Shown piece by piece: positions 38,645-48,940 of a stretch of 64,000 bases of DNA. Both the position numbers and the translations under genes were made by a program. Under the pieces are notes generated by a model. That model did not search any database and was not told where the DNA came from. It saw only the letters and a list, made by a program, of their open reading frames with translations. Position 1 is the first letter of the stretch, and each line of letters opens with the position of its first letter. The stretch comes from an uncultured Trueperaceae bacterium (lineage in GTDB: Bacteria > Deinococcota > Deinococci > Deinococcales > Trueperaceae). The stretch is from the NCBI GenBank assembly GCA_963815215.1, contig CAWFFU010000008.1, positions 160,001 through 224,000 on the forward strand, read 5' to 3'.

Positions 38645-38811
38645 CGTCAACCTCCCGCGGCCCGCACCCTCGACGGGTCGGCCGCCTCACCTGCCACCGG
38701 TGCGCCTTCCACCAGCATGCACCGGAGCCGCCCCTCGGGGACCGCCCGGCGCCGATCAGCGCTCGATTCAGCGGCGGCGACCCACGAAGGGCGCCCGCCA
38801 CCAGAACCGTC

Positions 38812-38840
38812 ATTATAGGCGAGCGCCTCGGTGCACGCAA
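38812..38840 (-). promoter_or_regulatory. Sigma70-type promoter of rplU-rpmA
   Basis: TTGCGT-17 bp-TATAAT. Confidence 0.72.
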
Positions 38841-38873
38841 GCACCGGCGCAGCGGGGCTACAATCACCCTGCC

Positions 38874-39392
38874 ATGCGCGAGCCCGCCCAAGCCACGACG
38901 TCACGCACCCGCGTCTCGGAGCTCGAGGTCGAGCGTTACCTGGCCGAGCACATCCCACTGGCCCGGGCGCTCGGGGCCACGGTGGACCGCTACGACGCCC
39001 GCGAGCTGCGCCTTCGGGCGCCACTACATCCCAACCTCAACCACCGGCACACCGCCTTCGGCGGCAGCCTCTCGGCTCTGGCCATCCTGGCCGGCTGGGC
39101 CCGCGTGACCTTCGACCTTCGCGCCGACGGGGTGAGCGCCCACGTGGTCGTGCAACGCTCCAGCGTCGACTTCGACACGCCCGTGGAGAGCGACTTCGAG
39201 GTGCGCATCGAGGCGAGCGACGAGACTTCCTGGGCCGTCTTCCGGCGCACGCTGGCGAGACGGCGGAAAGCACGCATCACCGTGCTGGGTGCGCTCTTCG
39301 CGGCCGGGGAGCCGGTGGCGCGCTTCGAGGCCCGCTACGTGGCGCTCTCCGCCGAGCCCGACGCCTCCTCCCGGCCGCGCTCGAACAGGTAG
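38874..39392 (+). CDS. YiiD C-terminal-like hotdog thioesterase
   Basis: HIPL...LG, APL.PN.NH..TAFGGS, F...L...RKARI, FEARY. Confidence 0.85.
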   Translation: MREPAQATTSRTRVSELEVERYLAEHIPLARALGATVDRYDARELRLRAPLHPNLNHRHTAFGGSLSALAILAGWARVTFDLRADGVSAHVVVQRSSVDFDTPVESDFEVRIEASDETSWAVFRRTLARRRKARITVLGALFAAGEPVARFEARYVALSAEPDASSRPRSNR

Positions 39393-42300
39393 AACGCTGC
39401 CGGCACCACGAAGAACGTGAGCAGCGCCGAGACCAGGATGCCGCCGAGCATCACCAGCGCGATGCCGTGGTTGAACTCCGACCCCGCGCCCCTGCCCAGC
39501 AGCAACGGGAAGCTGATGACCAGGACCGTTAGCGTGGTCATCACGATGGGCCGGAAGCGGAGCCTTGCGGACTCGACCATCGCCTGTTTGAAGGGCATCT
39601 TGCCGATGCGCTCGACCACGAACTCCAGATAGAGGATGGCGTTCTTGGCCGACAGTCCGATCAGCAGCAGCATCCCCATGAGGCTGAAGATGTCGAGCGA
39701 CTGACCCTGCACCACCAGGAACCACACCGCCCCGGCCACCGCCAGCGGCACCGGCAGCAGCAGGTAGATGGGGTAGCGGAAGGAGTTGAACTGCGCCCCC
39801 ATCACCAGGTAGGCCAGCAGCAGCGCCAGTGCGAACACCTGCGGCCCCAGCGTGCCGAGCTGCCGGGACAGCGCCGCACGACCGAACCGGTCGCCCGTCC
39901 CCAGGGTGACGTGGCTGTCGAGCACGCCTGCCTGCGTGAGCTGCTCGGTGATCTGACGCTGGAACTCGATGGGGCTGGGAGCGCCGGCGCTCGGCGTGAT
40001 CGAGAAGCTCGCACTGTACAGACGGTTGCTGCGACTGATGCTGATGGGCGCCTGCTTCTCGATGATGGCGCCGAGCTGGCTGACCCGCAGGTTGGTCCGC
40101 AGCGAGGGCGAGTAGATCGGCAGCGACAGCAGCGACTGCGCGTCGTGGAGGTAGCTGGGATCGAGCTGGACCACGATGCTGTCGCTCTCGCCGCCGCTCT
40201 GTACGCTGCCTGCGTTGGACCCGCCGGTGTAGGTGCGCAGCAGTTGCGCGACGCTGCTGGCGGTGATGCCGGTGCCGGCGAGCAGGTTGGGGTTGGGCAC
40301 GAACACCGACTCGGGCGAGGCCTGCTGGTTGCCGACATCCACGCTCAACACGTCCGGGTCCCCGGACAGCACGCTCGAGACCCGTTGCAGCCGCTGGTTG
40401 AGGAGCGCGTAGTCGGTGGACAGCAGGTCGAACGACACCCCCGAGCCCTGCCCTCGGAAGCCGCCGCCGGTGCGCACGAACAACCGCGCCCCGGGAATGG
40501 CGCTGGCCGCGCTCTGCAGCGCTCCCTGGTACTCGGCGCCGAGCGCATAGATGCTGGGCCGCTGCGTGACGGGCACGAGCTGGGCCTGCACGTTGACATC
40601 GTTGCTGCTCACACTCGTCTGGACCGTGCGCACCGCCTTCTGGGTCAGCAGGTAGCGTTCCACGTTACCGGCCACCTGATTGGCCGCCGCCAGCGTCGTC
40701 CCTGAAGGCAGGCGGGCACCGATCTGCATGAGGCCGGAGTCGGTCTGGGGCACGAAGTCGAGCGACACCCTGGGGCCCACCACGAACACCGTGAGCGCCA
40801 GGAAAGCGCCCGCCCCCAGCAGGACCCAGACGCTGAAGGGAAGCATGCGGGAGAGCAGCGCGGCGTACGCGTCGCGCGTCCGCCGCAGCCCGGCCTCGGT
40901 CCAGCCGTGCAGCGTCGTGGTGAGCGCTTCCAGCACCGTGAAGACGATCCGGACCAGGTAGGCGAGGACCATGAGGGTCGGCGGGTAGAGGATCAGCGCG
41001 AGCAGCGCCAGGGGAGTGACCCAGTGCCACAGGGCGTAGCCGGCCGCGGCGGCCCCGAGCAGCCCGAACGATCGCCGCCAGGAGCGCCACCCCCAGCGAA
41101 CGGCGTCACCGACCGCGAACAGGCTGCGGCCCGCGTCGCGCCAGCCTCGCGCCGGCGCGTCGCCGATGTAGGCCATGCGGACGGTCAGGAACAGCAGCGC
41201 CTCGAGCCACGACAGGAACACTGCGGCCGCCAGCCCCAGCCCGAACTGCCGCAGGTAGGCGCCCGCGAAGCCGCCCATGAAGCTCACCGGGATGAGGACC
41301 GCCAGGATCGACAGCGACGCCGCGGTGACGGCGCCGAACACCTCGCTGGCGCCTCGCAGCACGGCGGTGCGCCGGTCCATGCCCATCGCCCGGTAGCGCT
41401 CGACGTTCTCGGCGACGACGATGGAGTCGTCGACGACGATGCCGATCGCCACGATGAGCGCGAGCAACGACACCTCGTTGAAGGTGAAGCCGAGCAACCC
41501 GTAGAGCACCGGCGCGGCCGAGAGCGCGATGGGGATGGCCAGGATCACGGTGAACGCGGTGTTGAGGCGCCCCAGGAAGAGCAGCACGATGATCGCCACC
41601 ACGATGGCGGTGATCCAGAGCTCGTGGAAGGTGGAGTGCACCGACGCCACGATGGGGCCGGTGGTGTCGTTGCTGACGGTGATGGTGTAGCCGGTGGGCA
41701 GCACCGTGCGCTTCAGGTAGGCGCGCACCCCGTTGGCCACGGCCACCGCGTTGCTGCCCGACGCCTGCTGAACGGACAGGAGCACCGCGGGCTTGCCGTT
41801 GACGCGCGTGTAGGTGCTGGCGATGGAGGCCTGCTGCACCCGGCCCAGATCCTGCACACGGACGTTGCGGCTGTTGTCGACCACCATGGTGGCGATGTCC
41901 TGCACGCCGCTGGGCTGGGTATTGGTGGAGAAGGTCAGGACGTCGTTGTTCCGCGTGATCGAGCCGATCGGCTGGTTGACGATCGACGAGCCGATGGCCT
42001 GGCTCACCTGCTGCGGCGTGAGGTCGTAGTAGTTCAGCTTGGCGGGGTCGAGCAGCACCTGGTAGCGCCGGCTCGAGCCGCCCGAGACGTTGACGTTGGC
42101 GACGCCTGGAACGAGTTGCATGGCCGGCACCAGGATGTTGTTGGCATAGGCATAGACGTCGTCCATGTTGGCGCCGTTGCCCTGGAGGCCGAGCTCCAGG
42201 ATGGGCTGCGCGTTGGGGTCGAAGGTCCGCACGATCGGCGAGTTGGCGTCGGAGGGAAGGCCGCGCAGCGCAGCGACCTGAGCGGCGACGGCATTGGCGA

Positions 42301-42691
42301 TCGCGGCCTGGTTGGTGTCGGTGCCGAACTGCAGGATCACGCGGCTCGAGCCGGTACCGCTGTTCGAGCTGATGCTGGTGATGCCTCCCACCGTCGACAC
42401 GGCGGACTCCACCACCTGCGTGACCTGCTGATCGACCACCGCGGGCGAGGCGCCGGGGTAACTGGTGGCCACCATCACCACCGGGATGTTGGTAGAGGGG
42501 AGCAGGTCCACGCCCAGGCGGCTGGTCTCGATCAGCCCGAAGACCACCACGCCGACGAAGATGCCGATCGCCAGCACGTAGCGGGCGACCGATAGCCCCA
42601 CCAGCGGGTTGACCCGGGTGGCGACGACCGCGTTCGCCTCTTCGGGTGCGTCCGAAGGACCTGGAGAGCCTTCCCGCTCGTCCGGGCCCAT
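39335..42691 (-). CDS. RND efflux transporter permease (left operon)
   Basis: [41 protein letters not shown]. Confidence 0.95.
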   Translation of the reverse strand: MGPDEREGSPGPSDAPEEANAVVATRVNPLVGLSVARYVLAIGIFVGVVVFGLIETSRLGVDLLPSTNIPVVMVATSYPGASPAVVDQQVTQVVESAVSTVGGITSISSNSGTGSSRVILQFGTDTNQAAIANAVAAQVAALRGLPSDANSPIVRTFDPNAQPILELGLQGNGANMDDVYAYANNILVPAMQLVPGVANVNVSGGSSRRYQVLLDPAKLNYYDLTPQQVSQAIGSSIVNQPIGSITRNNDVLTFSTNTQPSGVQDIATMVVDNSRNVRVQDLGRVQQASIASTYTRVNGKPAVLLSVQQASGSNAVAVANGVRAYLKRTVLPTGYTITVSNDTTGPIVASVHSTFHELWITAIVVAIIVLLFLGRLNTAFTVILAIPIALSAAPVLYGLLGFTFNEVSLLALIVAIGIVVDDSIVVAENVERYRAMGMDRRTAVLRGASEVFGAVTAASLSILAVLIPVSFMGGFAGAYLRQFGLGLAAAVFLSWLEALLFLTVRMAYIGDAPARGWRDAGRSLFAVGDAVRWGWRSWRRSFGLLGAAAAGYALWHWVTPLALLALILYPPTLMVLAYLVRIVFTVLEALTTTLHGWTEAGLRRTRDAYAALLSRMLPFSVWVLLGAGAFLALTVFVVGPRVSLDFVPQTDSGLMQIGARLPSGTTLAAANQVAGNVERYLLTQKAVRTVQTSVSSNDVNVQAQLVPVTQRPSIYALGAEYQGALQSAASAIPGARLFVRTGGGFRGQGSGVSFDLLSTDYALLNQRLQRVSSVLSGDPDVLSVDVGNQQASPESVFVPNPNLLAGTGITASSVAQLLRTYTGGSNAGSVQSGGESDSIVVQLDPSYLHDAQSLLSLPIYSPSLRTNLRVSQLGAIIEKQAPISISRSNRLYSASFSITPSAGAPSPIEFQRQITEQLTQAGVLDSHVTLGTGDRFGRAALSRQLGTLGPQVFALALLLAYLVMGAQFNSFRYPIYLLLPVPLAVAGAVWFLVVQGQSLDIFSLMGMLLLIGLSAKNAILYLEFVVERIGKMPFKQAMVESARLRFRPIVMTTLTVLVISFPLLLGRGAGSEFNHGIALVMLGGILVSALLTFFVVPAAFYLFERGREEASGSAESAT

Positions 42692-44379
42692 CACTGCCCT
42701 CCGCCGCCCGACGGGGTGCTGCCGCCGGCAGGCACGCTACGCCGGGACGAGGGCGCCACGCTGGGCCCGGCCCCGTTCGCACCGGCCCGGCTCGCACCGG
42801 CCGCGTTCGCACCGGCCCCGTTCGGTGCGGTGCCCGTCGGGGACGTGCCCGCAGGGGACGTACCGGCGGCGGACGCTCCCGCACGAGAGGCGCCCGTAGC
42901 GCCGCCCACGCGCGGGTTGCGGCCGCTCGCCGCGCTCTGTCCCGTGGCCGGGCCACCGCCAGCCGGCACGCGGCCGGTCGGAACGCCACCACCCGGCGCG
43001 CTACCGCCCGATGCCCCCCCGCCGGCAGCGCTGACGCTGGAGCCGTCGAGCAGGCCCGGCGGCGGCTGATCGATGACCGTTGCACCCGATGGGACCCCGC
43101 TCACGGCCGCCTGGTTCCCGGCTTGCGCCAGGATGGTCAGGTTGGTCTGCACCGCCTTGCCTCCCTGGATCAAGAACACGAAGGTATGGGTGCCATCGTT
43201 CTGGACGGCGCTGATCGGCACGATCGTGGCCGTTGCCAGGGTGACCCGGTAAGGAACCGTGCCCACCACGCCGACGGCGGGCGGGTCGGCGGCGGCGCCC
43301 TTCGCGGCACCGGAGGAGGAACCCGCAGCGCCGCCGCCAGGCCCGTCGAAGCGGGCGGTCACGGTGACACCCTGGTTGACAGGGATGCCCGGTCGCTGGA
43401 TGACGGTGACCGGGTATTGCGCGACGCCGGTGTCGAACGACAGACGCGTGCCGGCCGGGAAAGCGGTCGCGTCGGAGGGCGGCACCGACATCTGCACCTG
43501 CCGATCGACGCTGACCACCGTCGCCACTGCCGTCGACGGCCCCACGTACTCGCCGGGCGCGACGTTGAAGGCCGCGACCTGGCCCGCGAAGGGGGCCCGG
43601 ATGGTGGCATCGGCGAGGTTCATCTCCGCCTGCTTGACGCCGTTCTGCGCCTGCGACACGGCCAGCCGCAGCTGTTGGAGGCTGCCCGTCTGGGCACGTT
43701 GGTTCTGCGACAGGTTGTTCTCGGCCGAGGTCACGTTCGCCCGGGCCTGGTCGAGCTGGCTCTTGGCGCTGTCCACGCTCGCCTTGGAAGTGCCGCCGAG
43801 TGCGTAGACCTTCTGGGCCGAGGCGTAGCCCGACTCGGCGGCCGACAACGCCGACTTGGCAGCCTGCAATTGATGATCGAGCTGGGCGGCCGCCTGCTCG
43901 GTGTTCGTCTGCTGCGTGCTCAGGTTGATCTCAGCCGTGCTGAGCGACGTCTTGGCGTTGGCGAGGGAGAGCTGCAGGGTGTCGGTGGCGAGCTGCACGA
44001 TCGGCTGCTCGGCTTGGACGTCGTCGCCGGCAGCCACCAGCAGGGACTTCACGGTGCCCCCGGTCTGCGCCGCCACGTTGCTCTGCGTCACCGAGGTCAC
44101 CACAGCGGTGGCGGTGCGTTCGGCCACCAGCGGTGCGGACTTGACCTCTACGGCCTGCACCGCGATGGTGGCGCCGGTGCCGCCGCCGCCCGGGAAGCCG
44201 CCGCGCGCGGGCGCACCTGCACCGCCCCGCGCGAACCCGGGGGCGCCTCCGCGCGCGGCTCCGGCGGGAGCGCCGCCGCCCGTCCCGGCGGGAGCGCCCA
44301 CCCCGCCGCGAAGCGCGTAGCCGCCGATGCCGGCGGCCACCACCACCACGATCACGAAGACCCAACCGCGGGCCTTCAC
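42691..44379 (-). CDS. RND periplasmic adaptor (MFP) with Gly-rich linker and tail
   Basis: N-terminal TM, lipoyl halves GGTV..L.V..GD.V and IRAPFAG.V, long alpha hairpin, VPISAV. Confidence 0.9.
   Translation of the reverse strand: MKARGWVFVIVVVVAAGIGGYALRGGVGAPAGTGGGAPAGAARGGAPGFARGGAGAPARGGFPGGGGTGATIAVQAVEVKSAPLVAERTATAVVTSVTQSNVAAQTGGTVKSLLVAAGDDVQAEQPIVQLATDTLQLSLANAKTSLSTAEINLSTQQTNTEQAAAQLDHQLQAAKSALSAAESGYASAQKVYALGGTSKASVDSAKSQLDQARANVTSAENNLSQNQRAQTGSLQQLRLAVSQAQNGVKQAEMNLADATIRAPFAGQVAAFNVAPGEYVGPSTAVATVVSVDRQVQMSVPPSDATAFPAGTRLSFDTGVAQYPVTVIQRPGIPVNQGVTVTARFDGPGGGAAGSSSGAAKGAAADPPAVGVVGTVPYRVTLATATIVPISAVQNDGTHTFVFLIQGGKAVQTNLTILAQAGNQAAVSGVPSGATVIDQPPPGLLDGSSVSAAGGGASGGSAPGGGVPTGRVPAGGGPATGQSAASGRNPRVGGATGASRAGASAAGTSPAGTSPTGTAPNGAGANAAGASRAGANGAGPSVAPSSRRSVPAGGSTPSGGGGQ
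42769..42867. repeat. Degenerate 15-bp tandem repeats ([15 protein letters not shown]) in the MFP tail
   Basis: gcaccggcc...ttc/ctc units and ggggacgt units at 15-bp spacing. Confidence 0.7.
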
Positions 44380-45479
44380 GAGGAACCCCCGGCCCCCGAC
44401 GCGGCGGGGGCCACCAGACCGGTCAGGTCCTGACCGGCGGAGACGGAGAGCGTCACGAGCGCGTTGCGGTAGCCGTCGACGGCCTGCAGGAGGCTGAACT
44501 GCGACGAAGCGACGGCCACCTCATCGGACTGCACCTGGAGGGCGGACACGGTACCCGCCTGCAGTGCCGCCTGGTCCTGTTGCAGCACCGACTGGGCGTT
44601 GCCGAGGTTCTGCTGCGCGATAGCGATGCGAGCGTAGGCGTCATGGGCGGCCTGATAGGCGTTCGCGAGGCTGGTGGTGGCGTTCTGCCGGGCGGTGTCG
44701 AGGCTGCGCCGGGCGTTGTCGAGCGCCGTCTTCGCCGTCTGGTAGGTCATCCGGGGGGTGTAGTCGTTGTCGTAGAGCTTGGTCTGCAGCGTGTACAGCT
44801 CGACCGCCTGCTGCGCTTGCGCGACCGACGCCAGGCGTCCCAGCAGCCCCTGTTCGAGGTCGGCGAGCTTCGCGCTCACCTGCGGCAGGTCGGGTGGAGC
44901 GGCCGCCGTCACCGACCCCAGGTCGGTCACGCCCAGTAGCGTTGCGAGCTGCGAGCCCGCCACGGGCACCTTGGCCTGGGCATTGGCGAGGGTCTGTTGC
45001 GCGCTCTGCAGCACCGTCCGCGCCTTGGATACATCGAGCGACGTGGCGTTGCCGTCGCCGAACTTCGCCTGCGCCACCTGCAGGTCACGATCCGCGAGAT
45101 CCCGTTGGGCCTGCGCCAGGGCCACGTTCTGCTGCGCCTCGTAGAGCGACTGGTAGGCGTTGACAACGCTCTGCAGCACCTGGAGGCGCGTCGACTCGAG
45201 CGCGATCCGACTCTGGGCGGCGGCCTGCTGCGCCTGCGTCTTCTGCAACACCAACGCAGACGGGTCCGCCTGCACGGCCTCGAGCTGCAGCTCCGCGTTG
45301 GCCAGATTGGTCTGGGCGTTCGCCAGCGCGGTGCCCTGGCCGTACGCGCGGGCCAGCGCCTGGGGCAGGTCGATCGTCGCAGCCGGCGTCGCCGTAGGCG
45401 ACTGCGGCTCGACGGCGTTCTGCTGCGCCGACGCCACACCGACGATCAGGGCGACGAGGATGGCCGTGCGGATTCTCAT
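44376..45479 (-). CDS. TolC-family protein, short form with no recognisable beta-hairpins
   Basis: Signal peptide; two OEP helical repeats (NAY..L, KF..G.A..LDV; L.AG.VS...V); ATGA overlap with upstream gene. Confidence 0.82.
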   Translation of the reverse strand: MRIRTAILVALIVGVASAQQNAVEPQSPTATPAATIDLPQALARAYGQGTALANAQTNLANAELQLEAVQADPSALVLQKTQAQQAAAQSRIALESTRLQVLQSVVNAYQSLYEAQQNVALAQAQRDLADRDLQVAQAKFGDGNATSLDVSKARTVLQSAQQTLANAQAKVPVAGSQLATLLGVTDLGSVTAAAPPDLPQVSAKLADLEQGLLGRLASVAQAQQAVELYTLQTKLYDNDYTPRMTYQTAKTALDNARRSLDTARQNATTSLANAYQAAHDAYARIAIAQQNLGNAQSVLQQDQAALQAGTVSALQVQSDEVAVASSQFSLLQAVDGYRNALVTLSVSAGQDLTGLVAPAASGAGGSS

Positions 45480-46912
45480 GGGACGCCTCCGGGGGTTGCA
45501 GTGAGCTCTCCCAGCGCGTTGCGCAGTTGGAGCAGAGCCAGGTAGAGCGCGTTCTGATCGGACTCGACGGTCCGTTGGGCCCGGGCGTACGCGACCTTCG
45601 CGTCGCCGACGTCCAGGGTGACGGCCAGGCCGGCGGCGAGCCGCGCCTGCGCCGTTTCGAGAGCCTGGCGGGCGGCGGCCAGCGAGGCCGTGTCCGCGGC
45701 CAGCGACGCTTGAGCCGCCTGCCAGGACGCATAACGCTGGCGTATATCGAGCGCGGCGGCCCGTTCGGTGGCCGACAGCGCCGCCTGGGCGCTGGCCACA
45801 GCGGTGCGCGCGGAGCGCACGGCCGCATCTGACGACGGGGCGTCCAGCGGGATGCTGAGCGAGGCGCCGATGCTCAACTGGGTCGAGACGCTGCCGCTCG
45901 CACCCGGCGTAACGGGATAGGACGCGTTGCCGCTCACGACGCCCTTCTGGAAGTCGAGGGCGACGTTCACGCCGAGACCTGCCTGCGCGCCGCTGGTGTC
46001 GCTGCTCGACAGCCCCACGGCGAGGCTGGCGCCGGGGATCCAGCGTTGCGCCGCGACAGCCGACAGCGACGCCTGGGCCTGCCGCACCTTGAGCTCCGCC
46101 ACGCGCACATCGGTGCGCTTGGGCATGCCTGCTCCCACGAGCGAGTCGAGGGAACCGGCGGGCGCCGCTGGCTGCGGGGGAGCCGTCGTCAGGGGAGCTT
46201 CGCTGGCGGGAACGCCGAGGGTATCGAAGAGGGTCCGTCGATCGAGGTCCACGGCGCTCGCAGCCTGGGTCAGCGTTGCCTGGGCGCCGGCGACGGCCGC
46301 CCGCGCCTGAGCCAGGCCCTGGTCGCTCAGTTGCCCCTGGGCTTGCTGTGCCGTGGCCGCGGCGAGCCTGGCTTGCGCCTGGTCGGCCGCGGCCTGCGCC
46401 ACGTCGCGCGCGCCCGCCGCCTGACGGGCGGCGAAGTATTGCTGCTCCACGGTGAGTCGCAGCCCCGCGCGCGCGGCGTCGCGCCCGAGCGTGGCCACGG
46501 CCAGCGCCGTTTCGGCGTTGGCGATCGCAGCGTCCACGGGCGCCCACGGCAGCACCGTCGCGGAGGCCGACACCGAGACCTTGGCCGCCACTGAGTTCCG
46601 GCCGCCGCTGCCCGCCAGCGTGTCGGTGCGGTCGTAGCTGCCCCCCGCAGACACCTGCAGCCCAGCGTTGGCGCGGGCGGCGGCCAGTGCGTCCGCAGCG
46701 CTCTGGACGTCGAGGTCCGCCTTCTGCCAGGCAGGGGCTCCGGAGAGCGCCGCCAGGGCGTCGGCCAGCGTGAAGCCGGATGCCTGCGTGGGGGACGGAG
46801 CAGGTGCCTGCGCAGCTGCCTGCGCGCGCGCCTGCGGAACCACCAGGAAAGGTGGCAGGACGAGCGCCAGGGCGAAGACCGCCCCCAGCCCTCGCATGCG
46901 GTTGGAACTCAT
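45476..46912 (-). CDS. TolC-family outer membrane factor, long form
   Basis: Signal peptide; OEP repeats (QQYF, RTDV, RL.AG....LDV) with amphipathic beta segments. Confidence 0.85.
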   Translation of the reverse strand: MSSNRMRGLGAVFALALVLPPFLVVPQARAQAAAQAPAPSPTQASGFTLADALAALSGAPAWQKADLDVQSAADALAAARANAGLQVSAGGSYDRTDTLAGSGGRNSVAAKVSVSASATVLPWAPVDAAIANAETALAVATLGRDAARAGLRLTVEQQYFAARQAAGARDVAQAAADQAQARLAAATAQQAQGQLSDQGLAQARAAVAGAQATLTQAASAVDLDRRTLFDTLGVPASEAPLTTAPPQPAAPAGSLDSLVGAGMPKRTDVRVAELKVRQAQASLSAVAAQRWIPGASLAVGLSSSDTSGAQAGLGVNVALDFQKGVVSGNASYPVTPGASGSVSTQLSIGASLSIPLDAPSSDAAVRSARTAVASAQAALSATERAAALDIRQRYASWQAAQASLAADTASLAAARQALETAQARLAAGLAVTLDVGDAKVAYARAQRTVESDQNALYLALLQLRNALGELTATPGGVP

Positions 46913-47056
46913 GCCGTCAAGCCTCCGTCACAGGCGTGCAGGAATCGCGCGTACGATGTGCACTTCATGTGCAGACGCAGGGATACCCTAGCAGGTCGCC
47001 GCGCCGCGGCGGCCGGGAAGTGCATCCGGGGCTACAGCGCGCGGACCGGGCCGGGC

Positions 47057-47106
47057 TGCTAGAATCGATAGTTGGCTATGTTGAACTTTTCAGAGTCCTC
47101 AACTGT
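47057..47106 (+). promoter_or_regulatory. Extended -10 promoter and AT-rich candidate MarR operator
   Basis: TGcTAGAAT at 47057-47065; ATAGTT-N10-AACTTT at 47068-47089 and a further AACTGT at 47101. Confidence 0.5.
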
Positions 47107-47160
47107 TGTCGCGGTTCGCGCGGGCTGCGCCCGCGGACCCGACCCCGTGCCCGCCTCACC

Positions 47161-47604
47161 GTGGCCGTGAGCGGCCCCCGCCCCGACACGCGCGCCGGGC
47201 TGCTGACCGAGCTGCACGAGATCACCTTCCGGATGATGCGGGCGCAGCGCCAGGTCGCCGAGCGGGCCTTCTCACCGCTCGGCCTGCGGCCGGTGCAGGC
47301 CTTCGCGCTCGCGATGCTGGGACAGGAGGCCAGCTACCCGAAGGAGCTGGCCCATCTGCTCGACGCTCCGCCCTCGGTGATCTCGGTGCTGCTGTCGGAC
47401 CTGGAGGATCGCGATCTGGTGAGCCGCACGGTCGACCCGGCCGATCGGCGCCGCGTACGGCTCGAGCTCACGCCCGCGGGGCGTCTCGCACTGGAGGCCA
47501 TCCACCACGCCTGGTTCGACGCCAACGCCCACCGCCTCGCCCGTCTCGGCACGGCCGACCTGGAAACGCTGGTGCGGATCCAGAAGGCCCTGCTGGAGGA
47601 CTGA
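47161..47604 (+). CDS. MarR family transcriptional regulator
   Basis: ELA..L, LE...LV.R..DP.DRR.V.L.LT..G; start 47161 or 47167. Confidence 0.9.
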   Translation: MAVSGPRPDTRAGLLTELHEITFRMMRAQRQVAERAFSPLGLRPVQAFALAMLGQEASYPKELAHLLDAPPSVISVLLSDLEDRDLVSRTVDPADRRRVRLELTPAGRLALEAIHHAWFDANAHRLARLGTADLETLVRIQKALLED

Positions 47605-47608
47605 CGCC

Positions 47609-48940
47609 ATGAAACGTGCCCTACTGCTCACGCTGCTCCTGCTGGCGCCGGCCGCCGCGGCCCAACAGGGCCAGGACGCGCCCACCCTCGCGTCCTTCCT
47701 CGCCCCCATCGTCAACCAACCGTCGCTGCGTGCTGTCGGCGAGCAGGTCGCGTCCGCGCAGGCCCAGCTCCGGGCGGCGTACGACCCAGTCTCGCTGCAG
47801 GCGTCCGGGGGCTACAGCGCCTTCAACACCACCTCGACCGACATCAACCCCGCGCAACCGGGCGTCCAGAACCTGCCGGCCAGCGGCGGTCAGATCTCGG
47901 CCGCGGTCACCGTGCGCCCCTGGCTCTTCGGCGACACAGCCGACCAGGCCGACAAGAGCCGGCTCCAGCTCGCGCAGGCCCAGCTCGACTACCGCGACGC
48001 CCTCACCGGCCTCCAGATCCAGGCGGTCCAGGCGGCCTACGGCGTGCAGCTCGCCCGGGAGTCGCTGTCCTCGGCCCAGGAGGGCGAGAAGGTCGCCCGG
48101 GCGGCACTCGACGCCACCGGCTTGCGCAACACCAAGGGGGCGGCCAGCGACCGCGACCTGCGCAGCGCACAGACCGGCCTGCAACAGGCCCAACAGTACG
48201 TGGCCAATGCCGAAGGTGGCCTGGCGCTGGCGCAGACCACCCTTGAGAGCCTGGTCGGCCCCACCGCCGCCCCGGACGTGGCGACCCTGACTCTCAAGGT
48301 CCCGGACGGTACCGCCCTGTCGGTCCAGAAGGCACGCTTGAGCGCCGAGTTGGCCGCGGTCTCGGTGCGCAATGCCACACGCTCCGTCTACCCGGTGGTG
48401 CAGGCCGGTTACACCTGGAACGTCGACAGCAAGGACAGCCTCGGGGTGTCGATCGAGTCGCGCACGCTCCAACCGAAGGTCAGCTACGACTTCCAGAGCC
48501 CCGGCACCAGCTTCCCGCAGGACCAGATCAACGGCAACTTCCAGATCGGCGTGTCGCTGACGTTCTCCCCCGGTGTCATCGACGGGCTGCAGGCCACCCA
48601 CGCGCAGCTCAGGGCGGCCCAGGACGGCGTCGACGCGGCGGTGCGCAGCGCCGCGGTGCAGAAGGCCTCGATCGACAACGACCTCGCCCAGGCCAAGCGC
48701 GCCCTGAGTCTGGCGCAACGCCAGGTCGACGACGCGCGCACCACCTTGCACGAGGACCAGACCCGCCAGAAGCTCGGGCTGGCCACCCCCCTAGCCACCC
48801 AGCAGGCGGCGCTCGATCTGACGCAACGCCAGCTCGATCTTCAGCAGGCCCGCCAGGACGTCCTCGCCAAGACCCTGGCGTACTACCGCTTCTACGCCCA
48901 CCCTCTGGTGAGCCAGACCGTGTCGGAGGTCCAGCCGTGA
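47609..48940 (+). CDS. TolC-family outer membrane factor, long form
   Basis: Signal peptide; OEP repeats (QAAY, R..KG.AS; RQKLG.AT) with amphipathic beta segments. Confidence 0.85.
   Translation: MKRALLLTLLLLAPAAAAQQGQDAPTLASFLAPIVNQPSLRAVGEQVASAQAQLRAAYDPVSLQASGGYSAFNTTSTDINPAQPGVQNLPASGGQISAAVTVRPWLFGDTADQADKSRLQLAQAQLDYRDALTGLQIQAVQAAYGVQLARESLSSAQEGEKVARAALDATGLRNTKGAASDRDLRSAQTGLQQAQQYVANAEGGLALAQTTLESLVGPTAAPDVATLTLKVPDGTALSVQKARLSAELAAVSVRNATRSVYPVVQAGYTWNVDSKDSLGVSIESRTLQPKVSYDFQSPGTSFPQDQINGNFQIGVSLTFSPGVIDGLQATHAQLRAAQDGVDAAVRSAAVQKASIDNDLAQAKRALSLAQRQVDDARTTLHEDQTRQKLGLATPLATQQAALDLTQRQLDLQQARQDVLAKTLAYYRFYAHPLVSQTVSEVQP

Noticed and set aside
39335..39392. 58-bp convergent overlap of thioesterase and RND 3' ends as a regulatory system
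   Set aside because: Short tail overlaps are common in GC-rich genomes; no further support
44376..45479. Short TolC genes as decayed pseudogenes
   Set aside because: Both have intact signal peptides and helices, are translationally coupled, and share the same precise deletions in two diverged paralogues
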